From: an uncultured virus (IMG/VR IMGVR_UViG_3300037488_001694)
Taxonomy: Duplodnaviria; Heunggongvirae; Uroviricota; Caudoviricetes
Strand: one strand, 5' to 3'
IMG/VR virus record: IMGVR_UViG_3300037488_001694
DNA length: 64,000 nucleotides
The stretch's first letter is position 1; every line of letters starts with the position of its first letter. The notes below the pieces were generated by a model. That model ran no database searches and was not told the origin of the DNA. It saw only the letters and a list, made by a program, of their open reading frames with translations. A program made the position numbers and the translations under genes. Positions 16,178-27,195 of the stretch are shown here, piece after piece.

Positions 16178-17545
16178 ATGGGAAACTTAAGACCAATTGG
16201 TAGTGAAAAACTACAGGGAATGGATAAAATTAGACGAATTATTGAAATTTCTCGTTACAACGAAAATACACCAAATCCTGTTAATGAATCTAAAACTACA
16301 GAATATTCTATTGATTTAGCGGATGGTAATAGATACCAAATTGTTAAAGAAAGAGCGGGTTACATTATAAAGAAAACTATTAATGAATCTGAAAACGATT
16401 ATATTGCACCTATGCAAAATAGACATTATTATCCATCATATTCTCAGGCATTCAAAAGAATGAATTTAATGGCTAAAGAAATGAATACATTATTTGAGAA
16501 TGAAGAAGGTACATCTTTGTTTAATGAGAATAAAAAATATATCCTTAAAAGAAAATCAACAAACGAGGAAATGACTAACGATATTGAACTTGACGAGCAA
16601 GCAGCACCTGCTCCGGCACCCGCACCTGCACCTGCTCCCGCACCTGCTCCCGCTCAAGTACCATCTCCGGCACCTGAGGCATTACCCGCACCAGCACCTG
16701 AGGAAGAAGAACTTCCTAATTTTGATGAAATGGGGTCTGATGAAGAGGATGATAATGATGATGAACCTGTAACAATGAAAGTTATTCAAAAACTAACAGG
16801 TAAATTGTCACAAAAAATTAGAAATTTTAACAATGAAGATGAAGAAATGATTGGTGATGATGTTAAATACGTTATTAATTCAATCTTATCGGCATTAGAT
16901 TTAACAACTTTAAATGATGATGATATTGATGAAATTATTGATCGTTTAGAAGGTGTTGAGGAAGATGATCAAGGAATGGGTGAAGAACCTGAAATGGGTG
17001 GAGAAGAACCATCTATGGGTGAAGAACCTGAAATGGGTGGAGAAGAATTACCCACACCTTTTGAAGGAGGTGAAATGAAAGAAGTTATGAGTTTAGAAGA
17101 TGCTCTTAATGAAAAAATCCCATCTGCATTTGCGGGAAATATGAAACAAGAATTAAATATGGGTGATGATATGTTTGACTTTGATGGTGAGGATGAAGAT
17201 TACCCAAGACATGGAGCGAAATTAAAACAAAGATCTTACCCACATTTAACTCACGGTACTTTTGGTGAATCTAAAATTGATAAAATCATTTCAAAATATT
17301 TTAATATCAATGAAGAAGATGAATTGAGAAAGGAGTCAAATAAAAAAATGTTACGTGAAATGAAAGAATTTGATAAATCAGAAGTTAAAAGATTATCAGA
17401 AACTATCAGACAAGAAAGATCGGCTTTAAGCTTCATGGAGAAAAATCCAAACTCTTCTTTAGTTGGTATCACAAACAAAAAGAATTTAATTTTTAAAGAC
17501 GGTATTACCGAAACTAAAATTACACCAAACGGATCTATTCTGTGA
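16178..17545 (+). CDS. acidic low-complexity hypothetical protein (PA and GEEPEMG repeats)
   Basis: 455-aa ORF; TATTTAT upstream. Confidence 0.75.
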   Translation: MGNLRPIGSEKLQGMDKIRRIIEISRYNENTPNPVNESKTTEYSIDLADGNRYQIVKERAGYIIKKTINESENDYIAPMQNRHYYPSYSQAFKRMNLMAKEMNTLFENEEGTSLFNENKKYILKRKSTNEEMTNDIELDEQAAPAPAPAPAPAPAPAPAQVPSPAPEALPAPAPEEEELPNFDEMGSDEEDDNDDEPVTMKVIQKLTGKLSQKIRNFNNEDEEMIGDDVKYVINSILSALDLTTLNDDDIDEIIDRLEGVEEDDQGMGEEPEMGGEEPSMGEEPEMGGEELPTPFEGGEMKEVMSLEDALNEKIPSAFAGNMKQELNMGDDMFDFDGEDEDYPRHGAKLKQRSYPHLTHGTFGESKIDKIISKYFNINEEDELRKESNKKMLREMKEFDKSEVKRLSETIRQERSALSFMEKNPNSSLVGITNKKNLIFKDGITETKITPNGSIL

Positions 17546-17949
17546 ATAAATTAATTTACATAAATGGAATGGGACCCAATTATAAGGGAGACAACATTTA
17601 TGAATTTATTTTCTCAGACACATTAGAAGTTTGGGGGGATAATTGGGAATCAAAACCTGCGAACGGATACCCAACTCCTCCGGATGTTGAATATATTAAA
17701 AAAGTAGGTATATTGACAAATGGAGAAATAGGGTTGGACTTAGTTCAAGATTCGGATGTGTTCTCAATGTTAGATTCAATGGATGGTGTGTTATCGTTAG
17801 GTTGGGAAAAAGAAAATGATGAACTTGATTTTTCCGTTATAAAACGACTTGTTTTTAAGTTCGGTGAATCAGAACAGGAAGTAAAAGATAAATTATACGA
17901 ACGAGACATTGTTCTTGAGTTTGAAAAAAAAGTAGTATATGAGAACTAA
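17542..17949 (+). CDS. hypothetical protein
   Basis: GTG start overlapping the upstream stop. Confidence 0.75.
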   Translation: MNKLIYINGMGPNYKGDNIYEFIFSDTLEVWGDNWESKPANGYPTPPDVEYIKKVGILTNGEIGLDLVQDSDVFSMLDSMDGVLSLGWEKENDELDFSVIKRLVFKFGESEQEVKDKLYERDIVLEFEKKVVYEN

Positions 17950-19057
17950 AAAAGACATACAAATGTTATTAGAAAGCGGACTATCATCCGCTTTTGTTGC
18001 TAAATTAAATGACTCACAAATGAAGTCATTAATTGATAGATTTAGTAAGAATGTTATTGAAGAACAATCAATACCTCAAAACACAACGGTGGTATCAAAA
18101 CCAATGCAACAATCATATCAAGTTAATCCAAATTCTAAAACTATGGTTAACGGTGTTGAGGTGGACACAACTGGAGGTAAAACTGTTGTAACCCCATTAA
18201 AAGAAACCGGTGAAATGAGTGAGAAATTTGAATCAAAAGCACAACAAGGATTCTTTTGGGCAAAATGTAACACAAGTAAAGGCGTAAAGAAAAAGAAATG
18301 GTGTGAATTAGCAAGAGAGTTTTCTGATAAAACCACTAAAAAAGATTATGAAAATATGCCAGATCAAGTATCTGAAGGTTTTTATGATTTATTTAGAAAA
18401 AAAACACCCAATCAAATTGGTGATTCTAAATTAAAGAGTGAGTTTAAAAATTTCATTGTTAAATATTCAAAAATAAAAGATATTGAATCAGGTATTGAAG
18501 ATTGGTCTGACAAAGAAATGATAAATCAGATTAAGGGATATGCTGATATGTCAAAACATGGAAGTACTCATAATAAAAGAGCCAAAGAACTTTTTAGTAA
18601 ATTGTTTGAAAAGAAAAAAGAAAAAACTAATGAAGAATTTGAGAAACTTTTGGAAGATCGTATTGTTGGAATGATTGAAAAACGAATTGAACCTAAAATG
18701 ACAAAGGCTGACATTCTAAAAACAATTTCAGAAAAAATGGAAAAAAATAACTCAATGATTTTGAAAAATCCAAAAAAAATGAGTATGTTTGCTGACGAAT
18801 CAGGAATTGAAAGTAAAAGAATGAAAAAACCAACTCAAATGATGCCAATTATGGGAACAATGGAAGAAAACGAAACTAAAGAAAAAGAAAGAACTAAGGA
18901 GAAGGACGCACCTACTAAACCAGGTACTACACCTAAGAGAAGAGGAAATCCTTTTAAAAATCCTAATCCTGGAGTTAAAGAAGACCCAAGAGGTGAAAAG
19001 AAAAATAAGGAAAAAATGAAACAAGATTTCATTGGATTAATTAACCGAGCATTTTAA
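17939..19057 (+). CDS. hypothetical protein
   Basis: 372-aa ORF in operon. Confidence 0.75.
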   Translation: MRTKKDIQMLLESGLSSAFVAKLNDSQMKSLIDRFSKNVIEEQSIPQNTTVVSKPMQQSYQVNPNSKTMVNGVEVDTTGGKTVVTPLKETGEMSEKFESKAQQGFFWAKCNTSKGVKKKKWCELAREFSDKTTKKDYENMPDQVSEGFYDLFRKKTPNQIGDSKLKSEFKNFIVKYSKIKDIESGIEDWSDKEMINQIKGYADMSKHGSTHNKRAKELFSKLFEKKKEKTNEEFEKLLEDRIVGMIEKRIEPKMTKADILKTISEKMEKNNSMILKNPKKMSMFADESGIESKRMKKPTQMMPIMGTMEENETKEKERTKEKDAPTKPGTTPKRRGNPFKNPNPGVKEDPRGEKKNKEKMKQDFIGLINRAF

Positions 19058-19062
19058 TAACG

Positions 19063-20433
19063 ATGGGAAATAAAGATTTAGAAAGATTAATTAGAAAAAT
19101 CGTAAAGGAAGCTCCTGTTGATTACGGGGATTATCCTGAAAGGATGGACCCAAGATCTCAAGCAAAAATTGAGGATCCTGAAGGTTTATATGCAAAAAAT
19201 AGAGCATTTAGAAAAGGGGCAAGTGATGTAGAAAGAATTGCAGGAACACGATTTAAAGAAATTGTTGATTATGTAAAAAGATATTACGGTACTGAAGGTA
19301 ATATTACTGAACCGTCAGTAAAAAGAGCCATTCAAATGGAACAAATGAATGCCGTAAGACAAGCGATGTCAATTGAACCTGCTCACAGAGAAGAGTTAAG
19401 GGATTTGGCGGTTGAGATTGCATCTAAAGAATCAGGATGGATGTCACCTGATATGACCATGGAAGAAGCGTTAGAAAATGGAACGATTACTAAAAGAGAA
19501 GGTGAAAATGGTGGAGTAATATACGAGTATGATTTTTTTAATCTTTTGACTTTTTTAGGTGAACAACCAATTGATCCAAATGTATTTAGAATGCAACCGA
19601 AAGAAATGAAAAAATTAGAATTACCCCCAAATTTTTCATTTGACGTTGATGAATTAACTCCCGATGAAATTAGACAACTTGAAATTGAAAAAAGAAACGT
19701 TATTAATGCGTTAATTCAAGGAACAGGGAAAAGAATTCAGTTTGCATATCAAATTGAAGAATTTAGAAATAGATTAGATCAAATTGACCCAAGATTATAT
19801 TCAATCTATAATAAGATTATGTCGGCAAACGATTTAATGTATTTTACCGATGAACAATTGATTGAAATGTTAGGTGGGAATGCGGCAGGAGAATCAGGGC
19901 AATCTTACGGTGATGATGATGACGAAGAAGAAGGTGAAGATCAGAATAATGAAGAAGATTCTGTTGACACTTTTTATGTTAATGGTTTGATATTTCCAAT
20001 TTTTCTACATGAATTAAAAATATTTGAAATGATTCCATCAAGAGAACAATGGAGAAACGTGGATCCATCTATTGCTCAAGATGTTATGGGTCAAACCGAT
20101 GTATTTTCAAATGAGCCGATGCAATTTAGAGTTGGTGGTGAATTAGTGAGAAAATTAAGATCTCTTTTACCTGATGAGTTAACAATTGATGAGTATGGTA
20201 AAAAATATAAACCTTATTTTTCAAAAATACTTTATGGTATTCCAGCTGAAGAATTTTTAAAAGACATTATGGCAAATGTTGTTTCTGAAGATAATGCTGA
20301 TAATGACAAAGCAAGACGTAGATTTCAGGAAATTTTACAACAAGCAAAACGAGAATACGATAAAATTAATAATGGTGATGACGAGGAAGATGAAGAAGAG
20401 GATGATGATATCCTTTCACGATTAGGTCTTTAA
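19063..20433 (+). CDS. hypothetical protein
   Basis: 456-aa ORF upstream of terminase. Confidence 0.75.
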   Translation: MGNKDLERLIRKIVKEAPVDYGDYPERMDPRSQAKIEDPEGLYAKNRAFRKGASDVERIAGTRFKEIVDYVKRYYGTEGNITEPSVKRAIQMEQMNAVRQAMSIEPAHREELRDLAVEIASKESGWMSPDMTMEEALENGTITKREGENGGVIYEYDFFNLLTFLGEQPIDPNVFRMQPKEMKKLELPPNFSFDVDELTPDEIRQLEIEKRNVINALIQGTGKRIQFAYQIEEFRNRLDQIDPRLYSIYNKIMSANDLMYFTDEQLIEMLGGNAAGESGQSYGDDDDEEEGEDQNNEEDSVDTFYVNGLIFPIFLHELKIFEMIPSREQWRNVDPSIAQDVMGQTDVFSNEPMQFRVGGELVRKLRSLLPDELTIDEYGKKYKPYFSKILYGIPAEEFLKDIMANVVSEDNADNDKARRRFQEILQQAKREYDKINNGDDEEDEEEDDDILSRLGL

Positions 20434-20509
20434 GAAATCATTAAAATAACTAAAAACCCCCTTTTATGAAAATAACTGGGGGTTTCTATATTTATAGATA
20501 AATACTTTT

Positions 20510-22273
20510 ATGGGTTTATCTAAAGAACAAGTAATGCTTGAGTATGTGAAGTGTATGAAGGACACAACTTACGCATTAAAAACTTATTTACAGACATATG
20601 ATAACACGGTTTCACAATATGTTCCGTTAGAGTTATTTCCCGATCAAATATCTTTATTACAAGATTACGAAAATTTTAATGAGAATATTGCATTAAAATA
20701 TCGTCAGGCGGGTGTATCTACGGTTACCGCGGCTTGGGCATCAAAACGATTAGCATTTGCTAAGAAAAACAAACCTGAAAAAATCCTTATTATTGCCAAC
20801 AAACTTGATACATCATTAGAGATGGCCAATAAGGTAAAGGCATTTATCGGTCAATGGCCTAAATGGGTTGGTGTAGATTTTTCAGCGGAAAAGAACTCAC
20901 AAAAACACTACAAATTAAATAATGGATCTGAGGTTAAAGCGGTGGCAACATCAAAAGATGCCTTACGTGGATTTACCCCCACAATACTTATATTTGATGA
21001 GGCCGCGTTTATTGAGGCCGACAGTGATTTCTGGGCGGCTTGTATGGCATCCTTATCCACAGGGGGTAAGGTAATTGTGGTTTCAACACCAAATGGTTAT
21101 GATCCAATTTATTATGAGATATATGATCAAGCATTAAGAAATATGAATGACTTCAAAATTTCTGAAATGTATTGGTTTAGAGATCCAAGATATACCAAAG
21201 ATTTATATTTAGTTAAAACACAGGATATTATTCATTATTTGTTAAATAAAGAGGAATATACTGATGATGATATATTAAGTTGGGAGGGCATTCCATTCGC
21301 CGAAAGAAATTATGATGACCTTAAAGCAATTATGGATACAGGTTATAAGGCTTGTTCTATTTGGTTTGAAGGGATGGTAAAAAAACTTAAATACGATAAG
21401 AGAAAAGTATCACAAGAGTTGGAGTGTAACTTCTTAGGATCGGGGGATAATGTCTTTGATTCAAATATGTTACAAAAAATTCGTGAGAATATGTTAAAAG
21501 AACCCCAAAATAAAATGATGGGTAATTCCTTATGGATATGGAAAGAGCCGGAAGTGGGTCACAAATACATTATGGGTGTTGACGTTTCTCGTGGGGATAG
21601 TGAGGACTTTAGTACAATCCAAGTTGTTGATTTTGACACGAGAGAACAGGTATTAGAATATATTGGTAAAATTCCACCTGACACATTGGCTGAGGTTGCC
21701 TTTAAATGGGCAAATATGTATTCGGCGTTTGTTGTTGTGGATATTACCGGTGGTATGGGTATTACCACAGTTCGTAAACTACAAGAATTTGATTATAAGA
21801 ATTTATATATTGATGGTGTAGACCAAAATAACATTTGGAGATCGGCATCAAGAACAGTAGATAAAATACCGGGAATTAACTTTAACGCTAAACGTGTTCA
21901 AATCATTGCGGCGTTTGAGGAAGGTCTGAGACACGGATTTAGAATGTATAGTTCAAGGTTATATAACGAGATGAATACATTCGTTTATATAAACGGTAGG
22001 CCCGATCACCAAAAAGGTCATCACGATGACTTAATTATGTCTATTGCCATGGCATTATACGTGGGAGAATCATCTTTCTCAAGTTTAGAGAAAGTTACGG
22101 AACATACCAAATCAATGATTGAATCTTGGACTGTGACTAATAATGAATCGGTAAAAGATATAATTAACTTTAATCCTACAATGCCAAATCTTAGTTATGA
22201 TTCAAGAAGAGATAGTAGTGCTCCAAGTAGAGCCGATTATGAAAAATACGGATGGTTATTTGGGGGAAGATAA
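20510..22273 (+). CDS. terminase large subunit (T4 gp17-like)
   Basis: KYRQAGVST Walker A-like, LIFDEAAF Walker B, VSTPNG, nuclease GVDVSRG and HDDLIMS. Confidence 0.92.
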   Translation: MGLSKEQVMLEYVKCMKDTTYALKTYLQTYDNTVSQYVPLELFPDQISLLQDYENFNENIALKYRQAGVSTVTAAWASKRLAFAKKNKPEKILIIANKLDTSLEMANKVKAFIGQWPKWVGVDFSAEKNSQKHYKLNNGSEVKAVATSKDALRGFTPTILIFDEAAFIEADSDFWAACMASLSTGGKVIVVSTPNGYDPIYYEIYDQALRNMNDFKISEMYWFRDPRYTKDLYLVKTQDIIHYLLNKEEYTDDDILSWEGIPFAERNYDDLKAIMDTGYKACSIWFEGMVKKLKYDKRKVSQELECNFLGSGDNVFDSNMLQKIRENMLKEPQNKMMGNSLWIWKEPEVGHKYIMGVDVSRGDSEDFSTIQVVDFDTREQVLEYIGKIPPDTLAEVAFKWANMYSAFVVVDITGGMGITTVRKLQEFDYKNLYIDGVDQNNIWRSASRTVDKIPGINFNAKRVQIIAAFEEGLRHGFRMYSSRLYNEMNTFVYINGRPDHQKGHHDDLIMSIAMALYVGESSFSSLEKVTEHTKSMIESWTVTNNESVKDIINFNPTMPNLSYDSRRDSSAPSRADYEKYGWLFGGR

Positions 22274-22292
22274 TATTTATTATTAAAATAAA

Positions 22293-22625
22293 ATGGGATT
22301 AAGTTTAAGGAAAAGATCAGGGAAAATATTGGGTGGTTCAAGATTAATAGTTGAGGGTCAGCAAATTCTAACTGCAAAAGTATTTGATCCAAATTTTGAT
22401 GGAAAAATAGGTTCTTTACCTAACGATCATAGAGAATCCCCAACTACAACAACCACTACAACAATCCCACCTACACCAACTAATACTCCAACTCCGAGTA
22501 TTACACCAACGTTAACACCTACAATAACTCCAACTAAAACATTAACCCCTACCCCAACAATATCTATAGAACCGAACCCGTCTAACACACCTACACCAAC
22601 TGTAACCCCTACGAATACTAAATAG
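22293..22625 (+). CDS. small Thr/Pro-rich protein
   Basis: C-terminal (PT)n mucin-like tail; TATTTAT upstream. Confidence 0.65.
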   Translation: MGLSLRKRSGKILGGSRLIVEGQQILTAKVFDPNFDGKIGSLPNDHRESPTTTTTTTIPPTPTNTPTPSITPTLTPTITPTKTLTPTPTISIEPNPSNTPTPTVTPTNTK

Positions 22626-22664
22626 AACTATTTAGATATTTATCATTATACTTAAAATTGTAAT

Positions 22665-24569
22665 ATGGAAAATACTAATCAAAATCTAACAATTTGGCAA
22701 AGGTTATCAAAAACATTTGGACCTAATTCCTTATTGGGTCAAGATTTACCTACATACTCATTAGATAAAAAAGAGTTACTTAAAACTACAAATAAACAAG
22801 AATACGAAAGAGAAAAATTACAGGCTCAACAGTCCATGTATTTATCGGGACAATGGGCCAAAATTGAAAACAATCTTTATACTCAAGCGATTTATTATGA
22901 ACCAACTAGGTTGGCGGCATTTTATGATTACGAATCAATGGAGTTTACTCCTGAGATCTCAACGGCATTAGACATCTATGCCGAAGAATCCACAACACCA
23001 AATCAGGATGGTTATATTTTACAAATTTATTCTGAATCAAAACGTGTTAAAGGTATATTAACGGACTTATTTAACAATGTACTTGATATAAACACCAATT
23101 TACAGATGTGGACAAGAAATACCTGTAAATATGGTGACAATTTTGTATATCTAAAATTAGATTCAGAAAAAGGTATTGTTGGTTGTATGCAATTACCAAA
23201 CATTGAGATTGAACGATTGGAGAGAGGTATGGCAGCAAGATCAGTTAATGCCGAAGTTGACCCAAAAGAAAAAGGATTAAGATTCAATTGGAAAGTTAAA
23301 GATATGGAGTTTAATAGTTGGGAAGTTGCTCACTTTAGATTACTTGGTGATGATAGAAAATTACCTTACGGAACTTCCATGTTGGAGAAAGCAAGAAGAA
23401 TTTGGAAACAATTATTATTATCGGAAGATGCGATGTTAATTTACAGAACTTCAAGAGCACCTGAAAGAAGGGTGTTTAAAGTATTCGTAGGTAATATGGA
23501 CGATAAAGATGTGGAAGCATATGTACAACGTGTAGCAAACAAATTTAAACGTGATCAAATTGTAGATAATAAAACAGGTAATGTTGATTTACGTTTCAAT
23601 CAAATGGCGGTGGATCAAGATTATTTCGTACCCGTACGAGATGTTTCACAAACAATGCCGATTGAGACATTAGCAGGAGCACAGAACTTATCTGAAATTG
23701 CGGATATTGAATATATCCAAAAGAAATTGGTAACCGCATTACGTGTACCAAAAGCATACTTAGGATTTGAGGAAGTGGTTGGCGATGGTAAGAACTTATC
23801 ATTACAAGATATTCGTTTTGCGAGAACTATTAATAAAATACAAAAAGCAATGATTGCAGAAATGAATAAAATCGCAATCATTCACTTATTTATTTTAGGT
23901 TTTGAGGATGATCTACAAAACTTTACATTAGGGTTAACTAATCCGTCAAAACAAGCGGATTTATTAATGATTGACGTATGGAAAGAAAAAGTATTATTAT
24001 ATAAAGATTTAGTATCTGAAATACCTAATACTTTGGCGCCAACATCAGCAACTTGGGCTAAGAAACATATCTTTGGTTTCTCAGATGAGGATATTAAATT
24101 AGATACACAACAACAAAGATTAGAAAGAGCGGTTGCCGCTGAATTAGCAAATACCGCAACTGTTATTACACATACGGGTATGTTTGATGTTGTAGATAGA
24201 TTATATAAATCTAAATCAGGTTCTACTGAAAATCCACCAGCAGGTGGGGAAGCACCGGCAGGTGGTGGAGGTGGAGGATCTTTCGGAGGAGGAGGATCAT
24301 TACCTGACTTCGGTGGAGGGGGAGAAACTTCACCTGAACCGGCATTACCACCATTAGGGGGTGAAGAAGCGGGCGGAGCACCTGAAGCACCAGCACCGGG
24401 AGCACCACCAGAAGAGGAAGAAACTTTACCTGAAGGAAAGAAAAATGACAACTTAAATATCTTACTAGAAAGTGACGATATTCATGGTGACAAGTACATT
24501 GATTTATCAAAAGGTAGAAATTCTTTAGGTTCAATTGAAAACGAACTGAGCAAATTATTAAGAGATTGA
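22665..24569 (+). CDS. portal protein (T4 gp20-like)
   Basis: LLSEDAMLIYRTSRAPERRVFKV...QDYFVP...LRVPKAYL; Gly/Pro-rich C-terminal tail. Confidence 0.92.
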   Translation: MENTNQNLTIWQRLSKTFGPNSLLGQDLPTYSLDKKELLKTTNKQEYEREKLQAQQSMYLSGQWAKIENNLYTQAIYYEPTRLAAFYDYESMEFTPEISTALDIYAEESTTPNQDGYILQIYSESKRVKGILTDLFNNVLDINTNLQMWTRNTCKYGDNFVYLKLDSEKGIVGCMQLPNIEIERLERGMAARSVNAEVDPKEKGLRFNWKVKDMEFNSWEVAHFRLLGDDRKLPYGTSMLEKARRIWKQLLLSEDAMLIYRTSRAPERRVFKVFVGNMDDKDVEAYVQRVANKFKRDQIVDNKTGNVDLRFNQMAVDQDYFVPVRDVSQTMPIETLAGAQNLSEIADIEYIQKKLVTALRVPKAYLGFEEVVGDGKNLSLQDIRFARTINKIQKAMIAEMNKIAIIHLFILGFEDDLQNFTLGLTNPSKQADLLMIDVWKEKVLLYKDLVSEIPNTLAPTSATWAKKHIFGFSDEDIKLDTQQQRLERAVAAELANTATVITHTGMFDVVDRLYKSKSGSTENPPAGGEAPAGGGGGGSFGGGGSLPDFGGGGETSPEPALPPLGGEEAGGAPEAPAPGAPPEEEETLPEGKKNDNLNILLESDDIHGDKYIDLSKGRNSLGSIENELSKLLRD

Positions 24570-24589
24570 TATTTATAATAAAAAAGATT

Positions 24590-25306
24590 ATGAAATTCGG
24601 TAAATTAAAATCAAAAATAGAAAACAAATTAGTTGAATCATACAAGAATGGTACAATTAAATCTGATATGTCTAAATTTAACTCATTAGTGTTAAAGAAT
24701 AAAAATGTATCTAAACTTTTCTACTTATACGATGAGTTAACATCAAATAGAGGTTTGAATGAATCTATTGCAAACGAATATATTAATCAAAGTATTACAT
24801 TTTATGAAAATACAATTAATAAAATTAACCCTAACGATCTAAAAGATTTAAACGCTTGGTTAGAGGGAACAGAATACAATAATGAGTATGATGTGGTTGA
24901 TGAGTTATTTTCAACAGGGATTACAAAATTGGAAGAAAAAATTACAAGTAAAAAAACAATTTTAGAAACAATTACAAAATCTCCAAAAGAGGAAAAAGAA
25001 GTTGTTAATATACCTTTAAAAACTATGGTGGGAATAGCAAACAAAACTATAAGAGATTACGTAAGTAATCTAAGTGAATCCGATCAGAAGAAAATAAAAA
25101 CTATTTTGTCTTCTAATGAAGATGAATTAAAAGAAAAATATAACTCCTTAAAAGAGAGTGTAATCTCCAAGTTAGAGAAAATCCAAGAAAGTGAGCAAGA
25201 TAAAGAAGTAGGAAATACGATCAATGAAACAATTGAAAAAGTTAGTTCTGAATCATTTGATAAGTTGACTTATTTAAAACTACAAGAATTAAATAATAAT
25301 CTTTAA
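24590..25306 (+). CDS. hypothetical head-region protein
   Basis: ATG 24590 after TATTTAT at 24570. Confidence 0.7.
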   Translation: MKFGKLKSKIENKLVESYKNGTIKSDMSKFNSLVLKNKNVSKLFYLYDELTSNRGLNESIANEYINQSITFYENTINKINPNDLKDLNAWLEGTEYNNEYDVVDELFSTGITKLEEKITSKKTILETITKSPKEEKEVVNIPLKTMVGIANKTIRDYVSNLSESDQKKIKTILSSNEDELKEKYNSLKESVISKLEKIQESEQDKEVGNTINETIEKVSSESFDKLTYLKLQELNNNL

Positions 25307-25491
25307 TCGTTACTTTTAATTTTTTGACGATAAATAGCCTTATTAAGGATTTCTCTATTTTTAACAGACCTTTTAGTAAACTCTTTCCTATCATTTAGGT
25401 GAGAGTTTTGTCTTGTTTTAATCACCTTACTTTTCAGCTCTTTAAGGGCTCTTTCAATCCCCCCATTTTTGGTTACGTGTACTATTAGCAT
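25303..25491 (-). CDS. rpsU: ribosomal protein bS21
   Basis: 62 aa, basic; IERALKELKSKV.KT....L.DRKEFTKRSV..R....KAIY matches the Bacteroidota bS21 pattern. Confidence 0.85.
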   Translation of the reverse strand: MLIVHVTKNGGIERALKELKSKVIKTRQNSHLNDRKEFTKRSVKNREILNKAIYRQKIKSND

Positions 25492-25582
25492 AATATATTT
25501 TAAGATTTTATTTTATATTTGATATATATCACAAAATTAACTATTTTTTCATAAAATAAACATTGTATTATGGAAATATCAA

Positions 25583-26050
25583 ATGAAAAAAGGGAAAACC
25601 TCAAAACTGAGCGGGTTTAGAAACTCCAAAATTACCTACGGGACAGTAGATTCAAAAAATTTCAAGTCGTTATACTTGAACCTCCAAACATGGGCGGAAC
25701 CAAAAATAGAAGTAGAGAACTGGACAAGGCTCGTATTAAATATGAACCGATCAATTAAACACTCAGTATTCAACCACATAGATAAACAAATGTTTGACGA
25801 TAAGTTTATTGTGGACATGGATCTAAGAACAAGTGGATTATCACTAAAAAAGAAATCATTTATGAATTTAGAAATTAATCTCTATCTTATTGATGAGGTA
25901 GATTTCAAAGATTTAAAACTCAAACGTAAATTAAAGGAAATTGTTAAGGGATTATATAATGACGTATTACATAAGAACGATAATTTCAAGTTTTACCTAA
26001 CAAAAAATGGGAATGTTAAACCAATTAAAGTAAAAACCGAAAAAGTTTAG
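25583..26050 (+). CDS. hypothetical protein
   Basis: 155-aa ORF divergent from rpsU. Confidence 0.7.
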   Translation: MKKGKTSKLSGFRNSKITYGTVDSKNFKSLYLNLQTWAEPKIEVENWTRLVLNMNRSIKHSVFNHIDKQMFDDKFIVDMDLRTSGLSLKKKSFMNLEINLYLIDEVDFKDLKLKRKLKEIVKGLYNDVLHKNDNFKFYLTKNGNVKPIKVKTEKV

Positions 26051-26071
26051 TATTTATAATAAAAAAATACT

Positions 26072-26809
26072 ATGAGCGGTTATAAAATTTTAGGACCCCA
26101 AGATTCGGGTAAAGGTATTCTTATTGAATATGATGCGGGATATATTAATCCTAACGAGGGTCGTAATTTAGATATATTAAAAGAGTCAAGAAATATGCTT
26201 GACCACTCTAAACCATTTGAATTTTATGCGGTATTACAGAAATATAATACCCCTAATAGAAATGGTAGAGTTTATCCTGAGAAAATATTAAAGAGAGAGT
26301 CGGAAAACTACAAAAAGATGATTGAAAAGGGAACCGCTCTCTCTGAATTAAATCACCCTGAATCATCATTGATTGATTTGGATCGTGTTTCTCACATTAT
26401 CACAGAAGTGTGGTGGGATGGTAATGTATTGTTAGGTAAAATAAAATTACTTACAAGTCCTGGTTTCCATGAAAGTGGTATTGTTTCCACAAAGGGGGAT
26501 TTAGCCGCAAACTATTTACGACAAGGAGTTACTTTAGGTATTTCTTCTCGTGGGGTAGGATCACTTAAAAAAGTGGGGGACCAAAATGAAGTACAAGATG
26601 ACTTTGAATTAATTTGTTTTGACCTTGTATCTTCACCATCTACACCGGGGGCTTATTTATTCTTAGATAAAAATGATAGATTGAAGTATGAAGAAAATCT
26701 TGATGAAGAAAAAAAGATGAATATAGAAAGAGCAACAGGAATGGAATCTTCGTCCGTTGAAAAAACAAAAAGTTTAATGGATAAATTAAGTTCATTTCTT
26801 GACAAATAA
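26072..26809 (+). CDS. prohead core protease (T4 gp21-like)
   Basis: NRNGRVYP, ELNHP, GISSRGVGSL, FDLVSSPS motifs. Confidence 0.92.
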   Translation: MSGYKILGPQDSGKGILIEYDAGYINPNEGRNLDILKESRNMLDHSKPFEFYAVLQKYNTPNRNGRVYPEKILKRESENYKKMIEKGTALSELNHPESSLIDLDRVSHIITEVWWDGNVLLGKIKLLTSPGFHESGIVSTKGDLAANYLRQGVTLGISSRGVGSLKKVGDQNEVQDDFELICFDLVSSPSTPGAYLFLDKNDRLKYEENLDEEKKMNIERATGMESSSVEKTKSLMDKLSSFLDK

Positions 26810-26846
26810 AAAAATAAGTTCTATGATTAAATAAAAATAATAAATT

Positions 26847-27062
26847 ATGGAACAAGGAGAAAAGTATTTTGTGGCTAAAATCACATCAGATTTGTTAGAC
26901 AGCGAATCAGGAAAGGTTAGAAAAGTTAGAGAAGAGAAATTAGTTATGGGATATACCCCTACTGATGTTGAGGCTAAAGTAACCAAAGTATATGAACATT
27001 ACACAATGGATTGGAGAATTACATCAATCACAGAAAGTAAAATTGATGAGGTTATTGACTAA
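26847..27062 (+). CDS. hypothetical protein (DUF4494-like)
   Basis: GKVRKVREEKLV...TDVEAKV...ITESKIDEV resembles a Bacteroidota family (from recall). Confidence 0.55.
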   Translation: MEQGEKYFVAKITSDLLDSESGKVRKVREEKLVMGYTPTDVEAKVTKVYEHYTMDWRITSITESKIDEVID

Positions 27063-27086
27063 TTTTTAATTAAATTACATTTTATT

Positions 27087-27123
27087 GAAATGGAGGTATT
27101 TTTTAATATCTCCATTTTTTTTT
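27087..27123 (+). terminator. intrinsic terminator
   Basis: AAATGGAGGTATT/AATATCTCCATTT stem followed by a long T tract. Confidence 0.7.
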
Positions 27124-27195
27124 GTCTCAATGTTATAAAAATGTGAATTTTTTCAAATAGCATACTATTTATATTGTAAAAACAACAAAACTATA

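Noticed and set aside
23882..24645. Antisense ORFs over the portal C-terminus, and similar antisense ORFs over the clpC, scaffold and PT-repeat genes
   Set aside because: By-products of low-complexity or biased codons on the coding strand
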